Of a DNA stretch of 5,429 bases, positions 1 through 4,395 are shown piece by piece. Under the pieces are notes generated by a model. It did not search any database. It was not told the DNA's origin and was given only the letters and a program-made list of their open reading frames with translations. The translations under genes were made by a program, and so were the position numbers. This stretch comes from a virus. How positions within the stretch are numbered: the stretch's first letter is position 1; each line of letters begins with the position of its first letter. The stretch covers positions 1 to 5,429 of the IMG/VR virus record IMGVR_UViG_3300009391_000094, one strand, 5' to 3'.

Positions 1-127
1 AAATATTTTTACTAGTAAATCTTTAGATATATATACAGAAACATTTATTGTAAATAAAATAGCATTAGCTTCTTTTAGTTTAAGGATACATGAACAAAAT
101 TCAGCTTATTGTATTTATGGTGGTCAA
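1..127. repeat. Terminal overlap copy 1 (circularisation signature)
   Basis: Base-by-base identical to 5303-5429. It lies inside an open reading frame that continues seamlessly across the junction. Confidence 0.97.
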
Positions 128-940
128 GGTGTGGGAGGTATAAGTTCAAGTTCTTCAAGCAAATTTACTCCTATTAATTGGACTATATATGAACATATGA
201 TACCACAATCAGATTCTTCTACTATATCTGTAAATATATCATCAGATGCAGGTGTATTAGATGGAAATTTTAATCCTGACGATACTGAACCTATAATGTT
301 ACCGCCACCATTTTTTCCTGATATAAATTTAAAAGAAAGAACTAATTCTGACGGAAGTATATCAAAATATTTTGATGGTACTATTGATGATTATATGGGT
401 AATGTTGCTGATAATAATACTTATTCTGATGTCGAAACATATTTACAAACAGGTACAAACACAACTTCTTTAACTGATACAGGTACGGGAACTTTAACAG
501 TAGGAGATTTTAACGTAGATGGTTTACCATATCCAGAAGTTGGTACATCTGCTCCAACTGATGTTTTAACAGGTATAGGAGGTATAACAGGATTATTACA
601 AGGAATAACAAATTGGATTGCAAATTTATTAAAAACTTTAACAAATATATTTGTAATACCTACAGATTTAGCATTAAATTTTGATAGTTTACGTCTTGTT
701 GATTTTAGAAATAAATTTCCTTTTAGTATACCTTGGGATTTATACAATGCTATAAAATCATTTGCAAATTCTCCATCAACACCTAATTTAGCTATTGATT
801 TAGATACTCAATATTTTTCAGTATATCAGCCTATTGATTTATCAAGTATTAGTTTACCAATAGCATTTGCAAGATATACATCAGTTGTATTTTTTATAAT
901 ATTCTTAATTTCAAAAACAAGAGATTTTATAAAATGGTAG
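2..940 (+). CDS. C-terminal part of the same pIII-like protein (2-127 duplicates 5304-5429; unique part is 128-940)
   Basis: The frame is open from base 2 and in phase with 4782-5429 (648 nt = 216 codons, next codon at 128). Gly/Ser/Thr-rich linkers are present (GGQGVGGISSSSSSK; TGTNTTSLTDTGTGTLT). The C-terminal hydrophobic anchor YTSVVFFIIFLIS is followed by basic KTRDFIKW. The GTG at 131 used by the ORF track is an internal codon. Confidence 0.65.
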   Translation, partial: NIFTSKSLDIYTETFIVNKIALASFSLRIHEQNSAYCIYGGQGVGGISSSSSSKFTPINWTIYEHMIPQSDSSTISVNISSDAGVLDGNFNPDDTEPIMLPPPFFPDINLKERTNSDGSISKYFDGTIDDYMGNVADNNTYSDVETYLQTGTNTTSLTDTGTGTLTVGDFNVDGLPYPEVGTSAPTDVLTGIGGITGLLQGITNWIANLLKTLTNIFVIPTDLALNFDSLRLVDFRNKFPFSIPWDLYNAIKSFANSPSTPNLAIDLDTQYFSVYQPIDLSSISLPIAFARYTSVVFFIIFLISKTRDFIKW

Positions 941-949
941 GAGGTTAAT

Positions 950-1207
950 ATGTTAATTAGTGGTTTATTCTTTGTTATAAATAAAGTAATAGAATTAGTT
1001 GGTTCTGTAATTTCTATATTGTATAATCTACTTCCAACTTCACCTTTTAGGATTATAGAAAATTCTCAGTTTTCGGATCTAATTTCTCAGATAAATTATT
1101 TCTTGCCAATTTATGAATTTGTTTCAATAATGGAAACCTGGCTTGTGTCTGTTGGAATATTTTATTTATACAGCATTTTTGCAAGATGGATAAAAGCAAT
1201 TGAATAG
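950..1207 (+). CDS. Small hydrophobic membrane protein, pVI-like minor coat candidate (85 aa)
   Basis: GGAGG at 940-944 overlaps the upstream TAG stop. Hydrophobic segments are LISGLFFVINKVIELVGSVISILYNLL and WLVSVGIFYLYSIFARWI. It lies between the pIII-like gene and the pI-like gene, as gVI does in Ff. Confidence 0.5.
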   Translation: MLISGLFFVINKVIELVGSVISILYNLLPTSPFRIIENSQFSDLISQINYFLPIYEFVSIMETWLVSVGIFYLYSIFARWIKAIE

Positions 1208-1218
1208 GAGGTATTTAT

Positions 1219-1878
1219 ATGATTTGGTTATATAGTGGTACACCTGGTAGTGGTAAGAGTTATCATGCAGTTTATAAAATTTATTATAGATTGAAACAAA
1301 AAAAATTTAATAGAGTAATTGCAAATTTTGAATTAAATTTCCCTGGTGATTTAGATAAAAATTTAACATATTGGGATAATTCCGAAGTTACCATTGATAA
1401 ATTAATTGAATTTGATAAAAAAAATCATGTTTCAATGATAGAGGGCCAAACTTTGGTTGTATTAGATGAAGCACAAATTCTTTTTAATTGCAGAGATTGG
1501 GGAACAAATTCTAAGCTTAGAATGTCTTGGATAAAGTTTTTTAGTCAGCATAGAAAATATCATTTCAATTTTATTTTAATTTGTCAATTTGATAAAATGA
1601 TTGATAAACAAATACGTTCTTTGGTCGAGTATGAAGTTTCACATATGAAAATGAATAATTTTTTTTGGTTTTTACCATTTTCATATTTTCTATGTATAGA
1701 AAGATGGTATGGCCAACGTATGAAAATATCGCATGAGATAATACGTTATACCAAGAAAATATCAAATTTTTATAATTCTTATAAGACATTTGATGATAAA
1801 AAAATTGATGATAAAACAAGCGAATTGGAGCAGAGGAGCGATAGCGAGGAATGCTCTAATTCGCTTGTTTCTATTTAA
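1219..1878 (+). CDS. Zot / pI-type P-loop NTPase, filamentous-phage assembly ATPase (219 aa)
   Basis: AGGAGG at 1206-1211. The N-terminal MIWLYSGTPGSGKSYHAV carries a Walker A motif (GxxGSGKS) at the extreme N-terminus, as in the Zot family. Walker B-like TLVVLDEAQ is present. A hydrophobic stretch FFWFLPFSYFLCI follows the NTPase core. Confidence 0.88.
   Translation: MIWLYSGTPGSGKSYHAVYKIYYRLKQKKFNRVIANFELNFPGDLDKNLTYWDNSEVTIDKLIEFDKKNHVSMIEGQTLVVLDEAQILFNCRDWGTNSKLRMSWIKFFSQHRKYHFNFILICQFDKMIDKQIRSLVEYEVSHMKMNNFFWFLPFSYFLCIERWYGQRMKISHEIIRYTKKISNFYNSYKTFDDKKIDDKTSELEQRSDSEECSNSLVSI
1814..1870 (+). other. Long hairpin (19-bp stem, 19-nt loop) inside the 3' end of the ATPase gene; candidate ssoA-like minus-strand origin, packaging signal or terminator
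   Basis: 1814-1832 pairs with 1852-1870 (18 Watson-Crick pairs plus one G-T at 1827/1857). The loop 1833-1851 is gaggagcgatagcgaggaa and contains TAGCGA (1842-1847) and a 17-nt perfect mirror repeat (1834-1850). This is the most GC-rich patch of the gene. T-rich sequence follows. Confidence 0.6.
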
Positions 1879-1919
1879 AATTATTTATAAAAATATTTAT
1901 AAAATATTAAAAAAACCTC

Positions 1920-1948
1920 TTGACACCTAGACGTCTATATGTTATAAT
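1920..1948 (+). promoter_or_regulatory. Consensus sigma-70/sigma-A promoter with extended -10 and an operator-like palindrome in the spacer
   Basis: TTGACA (1920-1925), a 17-nt spacer, then TATAAT (1943-1948), with TG at 1940-1941 (TGnTATAAT). An AT-rich tandem TATTTATAAAA repeat lies upstream (1882-1904). The 10-bp perfect palindrome TAGACGTCTA is at 1928-1937. Confidence 0.75.
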
Positions 1949-1983
1949 AAGTTATAAATAAAAAACACCTGGAGGTAATAAAA

Positions 1984-2175
1984 ATGTTAGATTTTTATGA
2001 AAGTATTTTAGATAATGTTAATGAATTTATTTATGAAATTAGAAAAGAAAATGATAAAACTATGAAAGCTATAATTGCAATAAAAGGTAAGCAATATGTT
2101 AATGAATGTTTATTTAAAAATGAAATTACGTTAGAACAACATACAGAATTAAGAAATTTAATTACTAATAGATAA
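1984..2175 (+). CDS. Hypothetical small protein (63 aa), no recognisable motif
   Basis: GGAGG at 1971-1975, 8 nt before the ATG. It is the first gene downstream of the consensus promoter. Confidence 0.7.
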   Translation: MLDFYESILDNVNEFIYEIRKENDKTMKAIIAIKGKQYVNECLFKNEITLEQHTELRNLITNR

Positions 2176-2207
2176 AACATAAATTTTAATATATAGGAGG
2201 TTTTAAA

Positions 2208-2414
2208 ATGTATGATAATTATATGCAAATTGAAATTAATGAAACTCTATTAAATTGCAAAACAAGTTATGATAATATTTTAGAAATGAAAGTTTTTAAT
2301 AATCATTTGTTTATAAAAGATATTAATGATTGGTCGACAAATATAGAAATTAATGAAAAAGTAGTAGTTACAGTAAATTTCTATAATTATGATGAAGAAG
2401 ATTATAATTATTAA
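2208..2414 (+). CDS. Hypothetical small protein (68 aa) with an acidic Tyr-rich C-terminus, no recognisable motif
   Basis: AGGAGG at 2195-2200, 7 nt before the ATG. It is in the same operon as 1984-2175. Confidence 0.7.
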   Translation: MYDNYMQIEINETLLNCKTSYDNILEMKVFNNHLFIKDINDWSTNIEINEKVVVTVNFYNYDEEDYNY

Positions 2415-2482
2415 ATTTATCAAATAAAACAATTAATTTAATGGTTTGCGGTAAACCATAAAACCGCTTAGGAGGCTAATAT

Positions 2483-2677
2483 ATGGAAAAATCTAAATTT
2501 ACACTACGTGTTGATAATGAAATACTTAAAGATATGAAAATATTCGCTATACGTCAAAATATGCCCTTAAATGAAATGTTAATACAATGTTATGATATGT
2601 ATAAAAAAAAATATGAGGCTATACAAAATGGTGACATTTTACCAAGTGTTGAAGAATTGGAGGTTGACGACTTTTAA
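2483..2677 (+). CDS. Ribbon-helix-helix (CopG/Arc/MetJ-like) DNA-binding protein (64 aa)
   Basis: AGGAGG at 2470-2475. The N-terminal KFTLRVDNEILKDMKIFAIRQNMPLNEMLIQCY fits a beta-strand / helix / helix RHH layout. It sits upstream of a pMV158-type rep, as copG does. Confidence 0.65.
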   Translation: MEKSKFTLRVDNEILKDMKIFAIRQNMPLNEMLIQCYDMYKKKYEAIQNGDILPSVEELEVDDF

Positions 2678-2810
2678 CCCTAAAAAAAAATAAAAAATCG
2701 TAAGACTATTGGAACCGATAAAACCCGCAGACGTACCGAAGTACTTTTGGAACGCGTAACTTAAAAAAAAGGTAAATAACTCTAACTTAACAAAAAAATT
2801 GAAATTTTGA

Positions 2811-2825
2811 GCGAGCTAGGCTCGC
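2811..2825 (+). other. GC-rich hairpin GCGAGC-tag-GCTCGC in the origin region
   Basis: A perfect 6-bp GC-rich stem with a 3-nt loop, about 40 bp upstream of the nick hairpin. No adjacent T-run on the + strand, so it is not a canonical terminator. Confidence 0.5.
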
Positions 2826-2864
2826 AAATGATGTATTTTTTAAAAAGGTTTTTAAATTTTTTTG

Positions 2865-2890
2865 TGGGGGGGAACTACGACACCCCCCCA
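2865..2890 (+). promoter_or_regulatory. Predicted double-strand origin (dso) nick hairpin of the pMV158 type
   Basis: T-G7 (2865-2872) pairs with C7-A (2883-2890). The 10-nt loop aACTACGACa resembles the remembered pMV158-family nick sequence TACTACG/AC followed by a C-run. The predicted nick is between G2879 and A2880 on the + strand. Confidence 0.7.
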
Positions 2891-2892
2891 TG

Positions 2893-2913
2893 TGTTCAGT
2901 GTTCACTGTTCAT
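2893..2913 (+). repeat. Three tandem 7-bp direct repeats TGTTCAN (candidate Rep-binding iterons)
   Basis: TGTTCAG (2893-2899), TGTTCAC (2900-2906) and TGTTCAT (2907-2913), starting 3 nt after the nick hairpin. Confidence 0.7.
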
Positions 2914-2977
2914 TGAATTGATTATTTTGGGTAATTAAAAACAGTAAATATTAAGAACTGTGAGGTAATTATATTAA

Positions 2978-3595
2978 ATGTCTGATAAAAAAGCAACAAC
3001 TAGAACTAGGAATTTTGCTACAGTAGTTTACTTGGATAGTGCTCCATCAGATTGGCAAGAAATATTACAGTCATTTTGTGTTCAATCTTTTATTTCTCCT
3101 TATCATGATAAAGATTTAAACCCTACTGGAGAGGTTAAAAAGTCTCATTATCATGTAATGATGATGTATGATACTGTTAAAACTATTGAACAGGCAACTG
3201 AAAATTTTAAAAAAATTGGTGGAGTTGGATGTGAAATAATAAATTCTACTAGAGGTTATGCAAGATATTTATGTCATTTGGACAACCCAGAAAAACAACA
3301 ATATTCTCAAGTTGATGTAAAATCTATTTGTGGTGCTGATTATGTTGGTATTATAGGTTTAGTGACAGATAAATACATAATAATGGGAGAAATGCAGGAC
3401 TTTTGTGAAAAATATAATGTAGTATCATTTTATTTACTTTGTAATTATGCTAGGAAAAATCGTTCTGATTGGTATAGGTCACTTTGTGATAATTCATCTT
3501 TTTATATGAAAGAGTATTTAAAATCTAAATTATGGTCACAAGATAGTAAAAATAATCAAATAATTGATTTAGAAACTGGCGAGGTTATAGGGTAG
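2978..3595 (+). CDS. repB: Rolling-circle replication initiator, HUH endonuclease of the pMV158 RepB (Rep_2) family (205 aa)
   Basis: GAGG at 2962-2965. By eye it aligns with RepB of pMV158: RNFATVVYLDSAPSDW vs RYFTFLLYPESIPSDW; ISPYHDKD vs ISPLHDKD (metal ligands); SHYHVMM vs AHYHVLY (HUH, His57/His59, codon 3146-3148 = His57); GYARYLCH vs MYLYLTH (catalytic Tyr candidate Tyr97, codon 3266-3268). Confidence 0.88.
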   Translation: MSDKKATTRTRNFATVVYLDSAPSDWQEILQSFCVQSFISPYHDKDLNPTGEVKKSHYHVMMMYDTVKTIEQATENFKKIGGVGCEIINSTRGYARYLCHLDNPEKQQYSQVDVKSICGADYVGIIGLVTDKYIIMGEMQDFCEKYNVVSFYLLCNYARKNRSDWYRSLCDNSSFYMKEYLKSKLWSQDSKNNQIIDLETGEVIG

Positions 3596-3613
3596 TTAAT
3601 ACTACCCTTTTTT
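3589..3613 (+). terminator. Intrinsic terminator for rep; the hairpin contains the stop codons of both convergent genes
   Basis: AGGGTAGT (3589-3596) pairs with ACTACCCT (3601-3608) around the loop taat, followed by T5 (3609-3613). The rep TAG is at 3593-3595 and the minus-strand gene stop is at 3602-3604. Confidence 0.7.
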
Positions 3614-3796
3614 GATATCATCAATGTCGATTTTTAAAATTTTAAGCATGTTTAAAAAAACATCAAAATTTTCAAGATGTTTTCCATTTATCCATCTACT
3701 AACAGTATTTACATTAATATTTAGCTTTTCTGCAAGCTCTTTAACTGTCAATTCGTTTTCCAACATAGCAATTTTAATTTTAATATGATTAATCAT
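3602..3796 (-). CDS. XRE / Cro-CI-type helix-turn-helix transcriptional regulator (64 aa)
   Basis: LTVKELAEKLNINVNTVSRWINGK is a classic HTH_3 motif. I place the start at ATG 3796-3794, because AAGGAG (3810-3805) lies 8 nt upstream of it. The GTG at 3805 used by the ORF track overlaps that Shine-Dalgarno. Confidence 0.85.
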   Translation of the reverse strand: MINHIKIKIAMLENELTVKELAEKLNINVNTVSRWINGKHLENFDVFLNMLKILKIDIDDIKKG

Positions 3797-3817
3797 ATTA
3801 TTCACTCCTTTAATTTA

Positions 3818-3865
3818 ATTATACCCCATTTTTACATATTATATGTCAAAATGTATATTAGTAAA
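3818..3865 (-). promoter_or_regulatory. Candidate promoter(s) for the HTH regulator gene
   Basis: On the minus strand, TATAAT (3843-3838) has TTTACT (3865-3860) 16 nt upstream. Alternatively, TTGACA (3849-3844) pairs with TATAAT (3823-3818) at an over-long 20-nt spacing. Both overlap the palindrome ACATAT-T-ATATGT (3834-3846). Confidence 0.35.
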
Positions 3866-3880
3866 TAAAAATGTTTAAAA

Positions 3881-3918
3881 CAATACATAAATGTATTGAC
3901 ATATACATTTATGTATTG
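3881..3918. promoter_or_regulatory. Two operator-like palindromes sharing the half-site ATGTATTG
   Basis: CAATACAT-aa-ATGTATTG (3881-3898, perfect 8-bp arms) and ATATACAT-tt-ATGTATTG (3901-3918, 6 of 8 symmetric). Their centres are 20 bp apart. They cover the -35 and the spacer of the structural-operon promoter. Confidence 0.6.
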
Positions 3919-3924
3919 TATAAT
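3896..3924 (+). promoter_or_regulatory. Consensus promoter of the structural (virion) operon
   Basis: TTGACA (3896-3901), a 17-nt spacer, then TATAAT (3919-3924), about 30 nt upstream of the ATG at 3954. Confidence 0.75.
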
Positions 3925-3953
3925 AAAGAAAATATATTTTATAGGAGGTAATT

Positions 3954-4208
3954 ATGCGATTTGAAGAGAAAAAAATTATAACAGGCATAACACGAAAAGT
4001 GTCTAAAAAAACTAATAAAGAGTATACTATGGCAAATTTCCTAAATGATGATGGTACTTCTTTTTCAAGTTTAGTTGCTGATGGAGTTTTAATACCACAA
4101 GACATTAAACAATTATCACAAGTAAAAGTAATGTTTGAAGTAACTTTTTATAATGGTAATATTAACGGTCTTAGAACAGTTAATTTAGAGCTTTTAAAGA
4201 CGGCTTAA
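3954..4208 (+). CDS. Small beta-rich protein (84 aa), candidate pV-like ssDNA-binding protein
   Basis: AGGAGG at 3943-3948. Its size is close to Ff gVp (87 aa). It alternates hydrophobic and basic residues (ITGITRKVSKKTNKEYTMANF; VKVMFEVTFYNGNINGLRTVNLELL). It is the first gene of the structural operon, immediately before the tiny membrane proteins and the coat gene. The function call rests on position and size only. Confidence 0.45.
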   Translation: MRFEEKKIITGITRKVSKKTNKEYTMANFLNDDGTSFSSLVADGVLIPQDIKQLSQVKVMFEVTFYNGNINGLRTVNLELLKTA

Positions 4209-4211
4209 AAA

Positions 4212-4391
4212 ATGGAAACTTTAATAGACTATACATCATCATTTGCAGAAGTTAATAATTTGTTAGGTCAATTAATAACTTTACAAGCAAAATCAAATGT
4301 ATATTCTGAATGGATATTTGGTATAGAAGTTGCAATTTTCATTATTTCTATAGTTTTAATATTTGCAATATTCTTCTCCAATACAAGGTGA
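4212..4391 (+). CDS. Tiny membrane protein (59 aa), pVII/pIX-position minor coat candidate; not in the ORF track
   Basis: The ATG lies 4 nt after the upstream TAA, which suggests translational coupling; there is no clear SD. Product is METLIDYTSSFAEVNNLLGQLITLQAKSNVYSEWIFGIEVAIFIISIVLIFAIFFSNTR, with one C-terminal transmembrane segment. It ends at TGA 4389-4391. Confidence 0.5.
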   Translation: METLIDYTSSFAEVNNLLGQLITLQAKSNVYSEWIFGIEVAIFIISIVLIFAIFFSNTR

Positions 4392-4395
4392 TTTT

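Noticed and set aside
1-127. The terminal direct repeat as a biological feature (DTR, LTR or insertion-sequence ends)
   Set aside because: The repeat is exact, is 127 nt long (a common assembler k value), and lies inside a continuous reading frame. It is best explained as the overlap of a circular assembly.
421-747. Minus-strand 108-aa ORF
   Set aside because: It lies entirely antisense within the pIII-like gene, has no ribosome-binding site, and its composition looks like a shadow ORF.
131-940. The ORF-track protein starting at GTG 131 as an independent 269-aa gene
   Set aside because: The frame is open upstream to base 2 and joins in phase with 4782-5429. There is no Shine-Dalgarno before 131. 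It is the C-terminal part of the wrapped 486-aa gene.
1571-1819. Minus-strand 82-aa ORF
   Set aside because: It is antisense to the well-supported Zot/pI ATPase gene, has no Shine-Dalgarno, and gives a low-complexity product.
2031-2228. Minus-strand 65-aa ORF
   Set aside because: It is antisense to two + strand genes that both have ideal GGAGG sites. It has no RBS of its own.
2681-2863. A- and T-tracts (A9, A6, A8, A7, T6, T5, T7) as phased bent DNA at the origin
   Set aside because: Homopolymer A/T runs are expected in a genome that is roughly three-quarters A+T. I cannot demonstrate helical phasing by eye.
2828-2941. 37-aa ATG-initiated ORF running through the origin hairpin and iterons
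   Set aside because: It has no RBS. It crosses the G7/C7 hairpin and the iterons, which are better explained as DNA-level elements.
2913-2977. A dedicated sigma-A promoter for rep between the iterons and the ATG
   Set aside because: Only weak candidates exist (TTGAAT at 2913-2918 or TTGGGT at 2927-2932, each with a poor -10). Read-through from the promoter at 1920 is an equally good explanation, so no promoter is called.
3797-3805. GTG start at 3805 for the HTH regulator
   Set aside because: The GTG overlaps the AAGGAG Shine-Dalgarno (3810-3805). The ATG at 3796 is 8 nt downstream of it.
3831-3858. dif-like XerCD recombination site as an integration route (as in CTXphi-type inoviruses)
   Set aside because: TTTACATAT-TATATG resembles the reverse complement of the XerD arm and central region of the Bacillus dif site as I remember it. 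The other arm does not match, and in DNA this AT-rich the partial match is likely chance. A scan with a proper dif model would be needed.
3875-4105. Minus-strand 76-aa ORF
   Set aside because: It spans the promoter/operator region and is antisense to the pV-like gene. It has no RBS and would collide with the consensus + strand promoter.
4363-4395. TTG start at 4363 for the 60-aa ORF-track protein
   Set aside because: It has no Shine-Dalgarno and overlaps the preceding ORF by 29 nt. The in-frame ATG at 4396 has AAGGTG at the correct spacing.
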